Part shown: positions 29,024-38,800 of the stretch, in pieces
Layout: each line of letters opens with the position of its first letter
How positions within the stretch are numbered: position 1 is the first letter of the stretch
DNA from: an uncultured Chloroflexia bacterium
GTDB lineage: Bacteria > Chloroflexota > Limnocylindria > Limnocylindrales > CSP1-4
Direction of reading: 5' to 3'
Assembly: GCA_963713975.1 (NCBI GenBank)
Contig: OY970218.1
Location: 1,856,001 to 1,920,000 of the forward strand
Length of the DNA stretch: 64,000 nucleotides
Position numbers and translations under genes: made by a program
The notes under the pieces: generated by a model
Seen by the model: the letters and a program-made list of their open reading frames with translations, nothing else
The model's database searches: none
What the model was told of the DNA's origin: nothing

Positions 29024-30667
29024 ATGACGTTCGAGGCCATCACCCCGCGCTACGGCGGTGGGGTCCCGGCCGGGTCGATCCGGATCTTCGACACGACCTT
29101 GCGGGACGGCGAGCAGGCGCCCGGCGCCGGTCTCACCGCCGCGGAGAAGCTGGAGGTCGCGCGCCAGCTCGCGCGCCTCAAGGTGGACGTGATCGAGGCG
29201 GGGTTCCCGTCCGCCTCGCCGGGTGACTTCGATGCGGTCCGCCGGATCGCCGAGGAGACCAGGGGCGGCATCGCGGTCGCCGCGCTGGCCCGCTGCAAGG
29301 ATGGCGATCCGCAGCGCGCCGTGGAGGCCATCGGTGTCGCCGAGCGACCCCACCTGCACCTGTTCATCGCCACCAGTGACATCCACCTCAAGCACAAGCT
29401 GCGCATCTCGCGCGAGCAGGCGCTGTCGGAGGCCGTGCACTGGGTGAAGTGGGCCCGCGAGACCCTGGGCCGCGATGCCGAGATCGAGTTCTCGGCCGAG
29501 GATGCGTCGCGCACCGAGGACGCGTTCCTGCTCGACGTGTACGAGGCGGTCACCGAGGCCGGCGCTTCCACGCTCAACATCCCCGACACCGTGGGCTACG
29601 CCATCCCGTCCGAGTTCGGCGCCCTGGTGGGCCGGGTGAAGGAGCGGATCGGCGACGCGGCCGTCATCAGCGTCCATTGCCACAACGACCTGGGCCTCGC
29701 CACCGCGAACACGCTCGCCGCCGTCCAGGCGGGCGCGCGCCAGGTCGAGGTGACGATCAACGGCCTCGGGGAGCGCGCCGGCAACGCGAGCCTGGAGGAG
29801 GTCGTGATGGCCCTCCGGACACGCCCCGGCCAGTTCCCGGAGCTGGCGGCAGGCGTCCAGACCGAGCAGATCACACCGGCCTCGCGCCTTGTCTCGTACC
29901 TCACCGGGTTCGCGATCCAGCCCAACAAGGCGATCGTGGGCTCCAACGCGTTCGCCCACGAGTCCGGGATCCACCAGGACGGGTTCCTCAAGAACCCCCT
30001 GACCTACGAGATCATGACCCCGCAGTCCGTGGGCCTGTCGGGAAGCACGCTGTCGATCGGCAAGCTGTCGGGCCGCCGCGGGCTGCAGGGCAAGCTCCGG
30101 GAGCTTGGCTACGAACTCGAGGGTGCGGAGCTGGACACGATCTACCGCGCGGCGATCGCCCTGGCCGACACGAAGAAGGAGGTCACCGACTCCGACCTGC
30201 TCGCGCTCGTCGAGCAGGAGAAGGCCGAGGTGCCGAACTCCATCGAGCTGCTGGGCTGGAGCATCAGCTCCTCGTCCGGCGGGCACTCCGTGGGTTCCGT
30301 GTCCGTCGTCGTGGCCGGCGAGGCGAAGGCTGCCGACGCCACCGGCAACGGCCCCGTCAACGCCCTGTTCCTGGCCGTCGACGAGGCCATCCGGCCCGTC
30401 CTCCACTGGAACCCGGTTCTCACCGAATACGAGATCAAGGCCGTCTCGGCCGACGGCGACGCCCAGGGCCAGGTCCTGGTCCGAGCACGCCGCTCGTCCG
30501 ACGAGGGCCCCGGGGCGCTGGTGGTCACGGGCCACGGCCTGTCGACCAACATCATCGAGGCCTCGCTCGACGCGTACCTCGTGGCGGCCAACAAGCTCCA
30601 CGGCGCCGAGATCAACGGCATCGAGGCGGCCTACGCCGGCGCCCGTACGACGGAGGACCTCCCGTGA
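29024..30667 (+). CDS. leuA: 2-isopropylmalate synthase
   Basis: DTTLRDGEQAPG, HCHNDLG, GERAGNA, FAHESGIHQDG, C-terminal GNGPV regulatory domain. Confidence 0.96.
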   Translation: MTFEAITPRYGGGVPAGSIRIFDTTLRDGEQAPGAGLTAAEKLEVARQLARLKVDVIEAGFPSASPGDFDAVRRIAEETRGGIAVAALARCKDGDPQRAVEAIGVAERPHLHLFIATSDIHLKHKLRISREQALSEAVHWVKWARETLGRDAEIEFSAEDASRTEDAFLLDVYEAVTEAGASTLNIPDTVGYAIPSEFGALVGRVKERIGDAAVISVHCHNDLGLATANTLAAVQAGARQVEVTINGLGERAGNASLEEVVMALRTRPGQFPELAAGVQTEQITPASRLVSYLTGFAIQPNKAIVGSNAFAHESGIHQDGFLKNPLTYEIMTPQSVGLSGSTLSIGKLSGRRGLQGKLRELGYELEGAELDTIYRAAIALADTKKEVTDSDLLALVEQEKAEVPNSIELLGWSISSSSGGHSVGSVSVVVAGEAKAADATGNGPVNALFLAVDEAIRPVLHWNPVLTEYEIKAVSADGDAQGQVLVRARRSSDEGPGALVVTGHGLSTNIIEASLDAYLVAANKLHGAEINGIEAAYAGARTTEDLP

Positions 30668-31812
30668 CGGATGGCGCCGGATCCGAGGGCGGCGACCCGG
30701 CGCTCACCTACCGCATCGCCCTGATCGGTGGTGACGGGGTCGGTCCGGAGGTCATCGCCGGAACCGTATCCGTCCTCGAGACCGTGGGTCGCCGGTTCGG
30801 CTTCGGCTTCGCGTGGCAGGACCTGATCGTGGGTGGGGCGGGGATCGATGCCTACGGTGTCGCCATCCGGCCCGAGGATGTCGAGGCGTGCCGTGATGCC
30901 GATGCCGTGCTCCTGGGCGCCGTGGGCGGGCCCAGGTGGGACGACCCGGACGCCTCGGTCCGCCCGGAGCAGGCCCTGTTCGCCCTTCGTGGGGGCCTCG
31001 GCCTGTTCGCCAACCTGCGCCCCATCACGGTCCAGCCCCAGCTGATCGCGGCCTCGCCGCTCAAGCCGGAGCTGCTCGAGGGCGTGGACTGCCTCATCGT
31101 CCGCGAGCTCACCAGCGGCCTCTACTTCGGCAGGCCGTCCGAGCCGCGCGAGACACCCGAAGGCCGGGCCGCCATCGACACCCTGTGGTACACGGAGGGC
31201 GAGATCCGGCGGATCGTCACGCTCGCCTTCGAGCTGGCCCGCGGGCGCCGGAGCAAGGTGACCCAGGTGGACAAGGCGAATGTCCTGGCCACGTCGCGCC
31301 TGTGGCGCAAGGTGACCGATGAGGTCCATGCGGACTTCCCGGACGTCGAGCTCGAGCACCGCCTGGTGGACTCCGCGGCGATGATGCTGGCCAAGTGGCC
31401 GGCAGGCTTCGACGTGCTGGTCACCGAGAACCTGTTCGGCGACATCCTGTCCGACGAGGCGGCGGTCATCGCGGGTTCGCTGGGCCTGCTGCCGTCCGCC
31501 TCGCTGGGGACCCGGATGACCACGCACGGCCGGCACGGGCTGTACGAGCCGATCCACGGCTCCGCCCCGGACATCGCGGGCAAAGACCTGGCCAACCCGC
31601 TGGGGACGATTCTCTCGGCCGCAATGATGCTGCGCTCGTCGCTGGGCCAGCCCGAGGCCGCCACGGCGGTGGAGACGGCGGTGAGCGATGTGCTCGATGC
31701 CGGCTACCGGACGAAGGACCTGCTGCCCGCCGACTCCGGTGACGGCGTTGCGGCGATGCTGGTCGGAACGAAGGAGATGGCCCGGATCATCGGAGAGCGG
31801 ATCGCGATTTGA
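30664..31812 (+). CDS. leuB: 3-isopropylmalate dehydrogenase
   Basis: GDGVGPEV, ANLRP, VRELTSGLYFG, DKANVL, NLFGDILSDEA, EPIHGSAPDIAG. Confidence 0.97.
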   Translation: MTDGAGSEGGDPALTYRIALIGGDGVGPEVIAGTVSVLETVGRRFGFGFAWQDLIVGGAGIDAYGVAIRPEDVEACRDADAVLLGAVGGPRWDDPDASVRPEQALFALRGGLGLFANLRPITVQPQLIAASPLKPELLEGVDCLIVRELTSGLYFGRPSEPRETPEGRAAIDTLWYTEGEIRRIVTLAFELARGRRSKVTQVDKANVLATSRLWRKVTDEVHADFPDVELEHRLVDSAAMMLAKWPAGFDVLVTENLFGDILSDEAAVIAGSLGLLPSASLGTRMTTHGRHGLYEPIHGSAPDIAGKDLANPLGTILSAAMMLRSSLGQPEAATAVETAVSDVLDAGYRTKDLLPADSGDGVAAMLVGTKEMARIIGERIAI

Positions 31813-31891
31813 CGGCCGGCGCCCGCCGAGCGCGGGTGGCCGGCCGGAGCCGCTTCGTCGACCCTCTCCCGAACCGCACGAGATTGAGACC

Positions 31892-33562
31892 ATGACAGAC
31901 CAACCGGTCATCCTCTACGACACGACCCTCCGCGACGGCACCCAGGGCGAGAACATCACCCTGTCGCTGGCGGACAAGCTGCGCGTCGCGCGCATGCTGG
32001 ACGAGTACGGCTTCCCGTTCATCGAGGGCGGCTGGCCCGGCTCCAACCCCAAGGACATCGAGTTCTTCGCGGCGGCCCGCAAGCTGACCTGGCAGACGGC
32101 GAAGCTGGCCGCATTCGGCAGCACCCGCCACCGGTCGAACCGGCCGGAGGCGGACCCCAACCTGCGAGAGCTGGTCGCCGCCGAGACCCCCGTGATCACG
32201 ATCTTCGGCAAGAGCTGGCTGCTCCACGTGACCGAGGTCCTGGGCGCCACGCCGGCCCAGAACCTGGACATGATCGCGGACTCCGTCGGGTTCATCGCCG
32301 ACCACGGTCGCGAGGCGATCTACGACGCAGAGCACTTCTTCGACGGCTACAAGGCGGATCGCGACTACGCCCTCGCCACCCTGCGTGCGGCCCGCGACGC
32401 GGGCGCCAGGACGCTGGTCCTGTGCGACACCAACGGCGGCACCCTGACCGACGAGCTCACCCGGATCCTGGGTGACGTCTGCGGTTCCCTGGCCGAGGAT
32501 GCCGGCGCCCACCCCGTGACCTGGGGCATCCACACCCACAACGATGCCGAGCTGGCGGTCGCGAACTCGATCGCGGCCGTCCAGGCGGGGGTGCGCCACG
32601 TCCAGGCCACCATCAACGGCTACGGCGAGCGCTGTGGCAACGCCAACATGGTCTCGATCCTCGCCAACCTGGCCCTCAAGACCCAGAACGTGCTGACGCC
32701 GCCCGGCGGAGGCGACCTGGTGGCGCTCACAGAGCTGTCGCGGTCCGTCGCCGAGATCGCCAACCAGAACCCCTACGACTATCAGCCGTATGTCGGCAGG
32801 TCCGCCTTCGCCCACAAGGGCGGCGTCCACGGGGCCGCCGTCGCCAAGGTCGAGCGCAGCTACCAGCATGTCGATCCCACCGCCGTCGGCAACGCCAGCC
32901 GCCTCGTGGTGTCCGAGCTGGGCGGCAAGGCCAACACCTCGATCCGCGCACGGCAGCTGGGCCACGAGCTCGACGGCGTGCTGGACGCGAAGGAGCTCAG
33001 CAGGCTGATCAAGCGGCTCGAGAACGAGGGCCTGGCCTTCGAGGGCGCCGAGGCCTCCTTCGAGCTCCTGATCCGGCGCAACACGCCGGGCTACGAGGCA
33101 CCGTTCCGGGTCGTGGACTACACGTGCCTCGTGGAGCAGCGGTCGGGCCGCGAACTCCTCGCGGAGGCGACCGTCAAGGTCGAGGTTGCGGGTGAGATCC
33201 TGCACACGGCCGCCGACGGCAACGGGCCGGTCAACGCGCTCGACGGTGCGCTGCGCAAGGCCCTCGGCGCGTTCTATCCGGTACTGGACAGCGTCCACCT
33301 GGTGGACTACAAGGTGCGCATCCTGGACGGTGCGACCGCGACGGCGGCCCGCACGCGCGTCATCATCGACTCCCAGGAAGGCTCGCAGACCTGGAGCACG
33401 ATGGGCAGCGACACCAACATCATCGCCGCGTCCGCACAGGCGCTGGCGGATTCGCTCGAGTACGCGATCTGGAAGTCCGGGGCCCTGGTGGAGCGCCGCG
33501 ACGAGCGGCACTTCACGACGCTCAATGGGCAGGCGGCCGTGGTGGATGAGCCCGCGCCGTGA
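31892..33562 (+). CDS. cimA: Citramalate synthase
   Basis: YDTTLRDGTQGE, EGGWPGSNPKD, DAEHFFDG, FAHKGGVH, SELGGK, FEGAEASFELL. Confidence 0.92.
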   Translation: MTDQPVILYDTTLRDGTQGENITLSLADKLRVARMLDEYGFPFIEGGWPGSNPKDIEFFAAARKLTWQTAKLAAFGSTRHRSNRPEADPNLRELVAAETPVITIFGKSWLLHVTEVLGATPAQNLDMIADSVGFIADHGREAIYDAEHFFDGYKADRDYALATLRAARDAGARTLVLCDTNGGTLTDELTRILGDVCGSLAEDAGAHPVTWGIHTHNDAELAVANSIAAVQAGVRHVQATINGYGERCGNANMVSILANLALKTQNVLTPPGGGDLVALTELSRSVAEIANQNPYDYQPYVGRSAFAHKGGVHGAAVAKVERSYQHVDPTAVGNASRLVVSELGGKANTSIRARQLGHELDGVLDAKELSRLIKRLENEGLAFEGAEASFELLIRRNTPGYEAPFRVVDYTCLVEQRSGRELLAEATVKVEVAGEILHTAADGNGPVNALDGALRKALGAFYPVLDSVHLVDYKVRILDGATATAARTRVIIDSQEGSQTWSTMGSDTNIIAASAQALADSLEYAIWKSGALVERRDERHFTTLNGQAAVVDEPAP

Positions 33563-34098
33563 GCGAGGCCGCCGCGCCCGTTCCCATCCGGCTCGATCGC
33601 TGGACGGTCACGTCCGGCTCCAACGTGATCAGCCGGGCCGCCGTGGTCCTCCACGCCGGCAACCACGACTGGAAGGCGTCCGCGGAGGGGACCGGCGCGG
33701 TGGACGCGCTGTTCCGGGCGGTGGACACGGCCCTCGCCGACGTGCTCGGCGGTTCCCCGCTCCTCCTCGCCTACGACGTGCACGCCCTGGCCGAGGGCCC
33801 CGACGCCGAGGGCAGGGTGACTGTCCGGATCGCGCCGCCCGACGCGGTGACGGGGGAACGGTCCGGTGGCCGGTTCAGCGGCGAGGTCTCCTCCTCGAAC
33901 ACCATCGCCGCCTCCGTGGAGGCGTATGTCGAGGCGCTGAACGCGATGCTGGGCGACGGGGCGTGGGCGGGGGTCGCCGACGAGGCTGCCGCGGCCCGTA
34001 TCCGTCGACGTGGGAAGGGTGCGGATCCTGGCGCCGGCGGGGTCGAGTTCGACGACGAGGCCAAGCCCATCGACACGACCGAGTGGTTCAACCGCTAG
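33559..34098 (+). CDS. Stand-alone LeuA-type allosteric (dimerisation) domain protein
   Basis: GTGAVDALFRAVD..LLAYDVHAL..GPDAEGRVTV..SNTIAASVEAYVEALN aligns by eye with the C-termini of adjacent LeuA and CimA; GTGA overlap with cimA. Confidence 0.85.
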   Translation: MSEAAAPVPIRLDRWTVTSGSNVISRAAVVLHAGNHDWKASAEGTGAVDALFRAVDTALADVLGGSPLLLAYDVHALAEGPDAEGRVTVRIAPPDAVTGERSGGRFSGEVSSSNTIAASVEAYVEALNAMLGDGAWAGVADEAAAARIRRRGKGADPGAGGVEFDDEAKPIDTTEWFNR

Positions 34099-34973
34099 CC
34101 GGGGGACGTCCGGGCGACCCGGCGACCCCGGCGCCCGACCCCGTTCCGGCGCCCGACCCGGTCATCGACGCCGAGGCGTTCAACCGTTTCGAGGCCGCGG
34201 GCTGGGAGGCGCGAGCGGGCTCGTACGGCTTCCTCTCCCCGATGACCCGTCGCGTGGGCGGCACCGTGCTCGCGGCCGCGGAGGTCTCGGCCGGCTGCCA
34301 GGTGCTGGATGTGGGCTGTGGCCCGGGGGAGCTCGCCGCCGCCGCGGCCGCCCTCGGTGCGGACACCGTCGGGATCGACGTCGCGCCGTCCATGGTGCGG
34401 CGCGCGGCCATCGCCAACCCGTCCATCCCGTTCCGGATCGGCACCTTCGAGGCGATCCCGGCGGGCGCCGGGGCGTTCGACGCGGTCGTGGGCAACTTCG
34501 TCCTGAACCACGTGGGACGCCCCGAGGTCGCCCTGGCCGAGGCGCGACGGGTGCTGCGGCCGGGTGGCTGGCTGGCGCTGTCGTCGTGGGACGCGCCGGG
34601 GCGGAACCGGGTGCTGGGCCTGGTCATCGATGCCGTCGCCGCGGCCGGTGCGCCGCCCCCGCCGGGTCTGCCACCGGGCCCCACCAACTTCCGTTCGGAC
34701 GCGGAGCTGCGAGCCCTGCTCGAGGCCGCAGGCTTCACCGGTGTCGGCGTCAGCCACATCATGTTCGAGGCCGCCGTGCCCGACGCAGACACCCTGTGGC
34801 GCGGCGTCCTGGGCTCCGCGGTCCGCATCCCGCCCCTGGTGATCCACCAGCCACGGGAGATTCAGGCGCAGATCCGCGACGCGTTCGACCGGCTGGTGGA
34901 CGTGCACCGGCGGCCCGACGGAACGCTGGCGATCCCCGTCGCCGTCCAGGTCACCAGAGGGAGGCATCCATGA
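34083..34973 (+). CDS. Class I SAM-dependent methyltransferase
   Basis: VLDVGCGPG, GIDVAPSM, FDAVV, RVLRPGG; start uncertain. Confidence 0.85.
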   Translation: MVQPLAGGRPGDPATPAPDPVPAPDPVIDAEAFNRFEAAGWEARAGSYGFLSPMTRRVGGTVLAAAEVSAGCQVLDVGCGPGELAAAAAALGADTVGIDVAPSMVRRAAIANPSIPFRIGTFEAIPAGAGAFDAVVGNFVLNHVGRPEVALAEARRVLRPGGWLALSSWDAPGRNRVLGLVIDAVAAAGAPPPPGLPPGPTNFRSDAELRALLEAAGFTGVGVSHIMFEAAVPDADTLWRGVLGSAVRIPPLVIHQPREIQAQIRDAFDRLVDVHRRPDGTLAIPVAVQVTRGRHP

Positions 34974-35917
34974 GCCGGGTCGTGGCCACGGGCGGGCGCG
35001 AGCGCGCGGTGGCACCCATGCGGGTCGCGTACACGGGGGAGCCCGGCGCCTTTGCCGAGGAGGCCGTGCTCCGCTTCTTCGCGGACCCGGTGGCCGTGCC
35101 CCTGTCCTCGTTCCGTGCGGTGTTCGAGGCCGTTCGCGACGGGTCCGTCGAGGCGGGGGTCGTCCCGATCGAATCGTCCTTGCTGGGGACCATCCGGGAG
35201 AACCTGGACCTGCTCTGGGAGTTCGACCTGCCGATCGTGGGCGAGGTCTCGGTGCCGGTGCGACTCGCGCTGCTGGCGCTGCCGGGGGAGCGGCTCGAGT
35301 CCATCGCCCGCGTCTACTCGATCTCCGCGGCGCTCGCCCAGGCCGATGAGTTCCTGCGGTCACGGCCGTGGACGGTCCAGACGACCTACAACACCGCCGG
35401 GGCCGCGAAGCAGGTTGCCGAGAGCCGGGAGGCGGGTGCGGCCGCGGTGGCATCCGCAAGGGTTGCCCCGATCTATGGCCTGGTGGTGCTGGCGGACGAC
35501 ATCCAGTCCGGGACCGACAACCGGACGCGGTTCGCGGTGATCACGCGATCAGGCAAGGGCGGCGGGCCTGACTCCACCGTCGGCGGGCCGGACACGACCG
35601 CCGCCGGTCCCGTCCTGGCCGCCGCGCGACACGAGGCCGTCGCGGGACCACCCCGCACGTCGCTGGTGCTGGCCGTCCGCAACACCCCGGGGTCGCTGTA
35701 CCGCTCCCTCGGCGCCTTTGCCACCCGCGGGCTGAACCTGTCGCGGCTCGAGAGCCGGCCATGGACCGCCAGCGTGTCCCGCTGGGAGTACCTGTTCTGG
35801 GTGGATCTCGACGCGGACCCGGCCGATCCCGACTGCGCCGCGGCCCTCGACGAGCTGCGCGGCGAGACGGAGGTCGTGCGCATCCTGGGCACCTACCCGA
35901 GGGCTCCCGAGGATTGA
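34970..35917 (+). CDS. pheA: Prephenate dehydratase
   Basis: GEPGAFAEEA, VVPIESS, NRTRF, ACT domain with NLSRLESRP. Confidence 0.92.
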   Translation: MSRVVATGGRERAVAPMRVAYTGEPGAFAEEAVLRFFADPVAVPLSSFRAVFEAVRDGSVEAGVVPIESSLLGTIRENLDLLWEFDLPIVGEVSVPVRLALLALPGERLESIARVYSISAALAQADEFLRSRPWTVQTTYNTAGAAKQVAESREAGAAAVASARVAPIYGLVVLADDIQSGTDNRTRFAVITRSGKGGGPDSTVGGPDTTAAGPVLAAARHEAVAGPPRTSLVLAVRNTPGSLYRSLGAFATRGLNLSRLESRPWTASVSRWEYLFWVDLDADPADPDCAAALDELRGETEVVRILGTYPRAPED

Positions 35918-36007
35918 TCTGCCCGGTGACGGTCGCGAGAGGTGCGATCATGGGCACGACGACCGCTGGACAGGGGGCGACAGGCCGGAGCCAGGAGGGA
36001 CAACGAG

Positions 36008-37678
36008 GTGGACGAGGCGTTCCGCAAGGACATGACCGCGGGCTACGCGTTCAACGAGCCGGTCATCGTGCTGGGGTCGCCGATCGTTGGTGACGAGATC
36101 CTGCCCGACGTCCGGGTCGCCCTCCCGCTCTCGCGGGTGAACCGCCACGGGCTCATCGCCGGTGCCACCGGGACCGGCAAGACCAAGACGCTCCAGATCT
36201 TCGCCGGTCAGCTGTCCGCGCTGGGTGTGCCGGTCTTCGCGGTGGACGTCAAGGGGGATCTCTCCGGCGTGGGGGCGCCGGGCGATGCGACGAACGCGAA
36301 GATCGCCGAGCGCTGTGCCTCGATGAACTGGGCGTTCGAGCCCGCTGGCCATCCCACCGAGTTCCTGTCCCTGTCGGGCAGGACTGGCGCCCATGTCCGC
36401 GCCAGCGTCAGCTCCTTCGGGCCGCTGTTGCTGGGCAAGGTCCTCGATCTCAACGACACCCAGACCAGCATCCTGTCGATGGTCTTCCGCTACTGCGACG
36501 ACGAGAACCTGCCGCTGCTGGATCTCGCGGACCTCCGGACCACCCTCAAGTACCTCGGGTCCGACGAGGGCAAGCCGGTCCTCGAGGACCTCGGCGGCAT
36601 CAGCTCTGCGTCGATGGGCGTCATCCTGCGCTCGATCGTGACCCTCGAGCAGGAGGGGGCCGACGTCTTCTTCGGCGAGCCCGAGTTCGACGTCGACGAT
36701 CTCCTGCGCACCACCGCGGACGGCCAGGGGATCATCACCCTGCTCGAGGTCGCGGACGTGATGGACAAGCCGCGGCTGTACTCCACCTTCGTGCTCTGGA
36801 TGCTCGCCCAGCTGTACGAACAGCTCCCCGAGCTCGGCGACGTCGACAAGCCCAAGCTCGCGTTCTTCTTCGACGAGGCCCACCTGCTGTTCGACGACGC
36901 CTCCGATGCCCTGATGGACCAGATCGAGCGGACGGCGCGACTCATCCGGTCCAAGGGCGTGGGCGTCTACTTCGTGACCCAGGCGCCGACCGATGTGCCG
37001 TCGTCGGTGCTGAGCCAGCTGGGCAACCGGGTCCAGCACGCGCTCCGCGCGTTCACGCCCGATGACGCGGACGCGCTGCGCAAGACCGCCCGCACCTTCC
37101 CCATGACCGACCACTACGACGTGGAGCGGACGATCACCTCGCTGGGCATCGGTGAGGCGCTGGTCACCGTGCTGTCGCCCAAGGGCGTGCCGACGCCGCT
37201 GGCCGCCACCCGGCTGGTGCCGCCGGATTCGCGCATGTCCCCGCTGACGCCCCCGGAGCTGGCCGCGATCGTGGCCGCATCGCCGCTGGCCACGCGGTAC
37301 AACGCGGGCCTGGACCGCGAGAGCGCCCACGAGATCATCTCCGCCCGACTGGCCACCGCCATGGCTGCGGCGGCGACCGCCGCGGGCGCCGGGAGCCCCG
37401 GGACGGATGCGTCCGCCCCCGACGCCGGCCCCGGCCTGATGACGCCGGCCCAGCAGCAGCGCGAGATCGCGCGACGGGCTCGCGAGCTCGAGGCGGCGCG
37501 CAAGGCCGCGGAACGGGACCGGCGGGCGCGGGAGAAGGAGGCGGCAGCCGCCGAGCGGGAACGCCAGCGGACGATGCGCGCGACGATGACCACGGTGGGA
37601 AAGGTGATCGGCTCAAGGGAGACACAGTCGCTCCTGCGTGGTGTATTCGGCACTATCTTCGGGGGCGGCAAGCGCTGA
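36008..37678 (+). CDS. HerA-like ATPase (DUF853/YjgR type)
   Basis: NRHGLIAGATGTGKT, DVKGDLSG, FFFDEAH, RSKGVG, QHALRAFTP; AGGAGG RBS. Confidence 0.92.
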   Translation: MDEAFRKDMTAGYAFNEPVIVLGSPIVGDEILPDVRVALPLSRVNRHGLIAGATGTGKTKTLQIFAGQLSALGVPVFAVDVKGDLSGVGAPGDATNAKIAERCASMNWAFEPAGHPTEFLSLSGRTGAHVRASVSSFGPLLLGKVLDLNDTQTSILSMVFRYCDDENLPLLDLADLRTTLKYLGSDEGKPVLEDLGGISSASMGVILRSIVTLEQEGADVFFGEPEFDVDDLLRTTADGQGIITLLEVADVMDKPRLYSTFVLWMLAQLYEQLPELGDVDKPKLAFFFDEAHLLFDDASDALMDQIERTARLIRSKGVGVYFVTQAPTDVPSSVLSQLGNRVQHALRAFTPDDADALRKTARTFPMTDHYDVERTITSLGIGEALVTVLSPKGVPTPLAATRLVPPDSRMSPLTPPELAAIVAASPLATRYNAGLDRESAHEIISARLATAMAAAATAAGAGSPGTDASAPDAGPGLMTPAQQQREIARRARELEAARKAAERDRRAREKEAAAAERERQRTMRATMTTVGKVIGSRETQSLLRGVFGTIFGGGKR

Positions 37679-37733
37679 CGATGACCCCGCTGCGAACCGC
37701 CACGCATCCAGCCGCGACCGGGAGGGTCCTCTC

Positions 37734-38702
37734 GTGAGGTGGCCCAGCGGAGCCACCAAGCCCGTCGTCGGGTTCATCGGCCTGGGGCGCATGGGGGCAC
37801 CCATGGCGCTCAACCTCCGGCGCGCTGGGTTCGCCGTGGTCGCGTTCGACGCGCGGGCGGAGGCCGTGGAGCCGCTCGTGGCCGCGGGGGCGTCGGCAGC
37901 CGAATCCGCACCCGGCACCGCCGCCTCGTGCGATGTCCTGGTGACCGTGCTCCCAGGCCCGACCCAGGTCGAGGCGGCGATGATGGGGGGATCCGGTGCC
38001 TTCCAGGCGCTCCGTGAGGGTGCCGTCTGGATCGACTCCAGCACGTCCACGCCCGAGGTGGGCAGGCTCGCGGCCCTGGAGGGCGGGCCACGCGGGGTGG
38101 CCGTCGTCGACGCTCCGGTCGTCGGCATGGTCAGGGACGCCATCGCCGGCACCCTCCAGGTCTTCGCCGGCGGCACGGCGGCGGACGTCCGTCGCATCCG
38201 GCCGATCCTGGAGGCGATGGGTGACCCGGAGCGGATCATCCACGTTGGTCCGCGCGGCACCGGGTACGTGGTCAGGCTGTGCCTCACGCTGATGTGGTTC
38301 ATCCACGCGGCCGGCAGTGCCGAGGTGCTCGTCCTGGGCGCCAAGGCCGGCGTGGATGCCGGGACCCTGCTCCGCGCCCTGGTCGAGGGGCCCGCGGGAT
38401 CCGTGCTCCTGGAGCGCGACATTGACGGCGTCTTCGAGGGCGACTACGGCGCGAGCTTCACGCTCGACCAGGTAACCAGGAACCTGGGCCTTGCCGTGGA
38501 CCTCGCCCGTGAGGTGGGCGTGCCGCTGGAGCTCGGCGCGCTGGTGGAGCAGCTGCACCGGCGGGGTCGGGCCCTGTACGGCGACGACGCCGGCGAGCTC
38601 TCGAGCGTGCGGATGCTCGAGGACACGGCCGGGATCAAGCTGCGGCTGAGTGATGCCGGCCGGCCAGGTGCTGCCGATCGGCGCGGCGGCCACGCCACCT
38701 GA
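37734..38702 (+). CDS. Beta-hydroxyacid dehydrogenase (3-hydroxyisobutyrate DH) family protein with atypical active site
   Basis: GFIGLGRMGAPMA, IDSST, DAPV; GGAGGG RBS. Confidence 0.85.
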   Translation: MRWPSGATKPVVGFIGLGRMGAPMALNLRRAGFAVVAFDARAEAVEPLVAAGASAAESAPGTAASCDVLVTVLPGPTQVEAAMMGGSGAFQALREGAVWIDSSTSTPEVGRLAALEGGPRGVAVVDAPVVGMVRDAIAGTLQVFAGGTAADVRRIRPILEAMGDPERIIHVGPRGTGYVVRLCLTLMWFIHAAGSAEVLVLGAKAGVDAGTLLRALVEGPAGSVLLERDIDGVFEGDYGASFTLDQVTRNLGLAVDLAREVGVPLELGALVEQLHRRGRALYGDDAGELSSVRMLEDTAGIKLRLSDAGRPGAADRRGGHAT

Positions 38703-38800
38703 CATCAGGCCCATCCTCCGGTCCGTCATCGGTCCGATCCGGCACCCGGCCGTAGAATCACCGCCCCGGTCCATTCCGACAGCGCCCCAGGAGCCACCCG

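Noticed and set aside
36008-37678. HerA-based anti-phage system
   Set aside because: Motifs fit the widespread DUF853/YjgR type; no NurA, Sir2 or nuclease partner adjacent.
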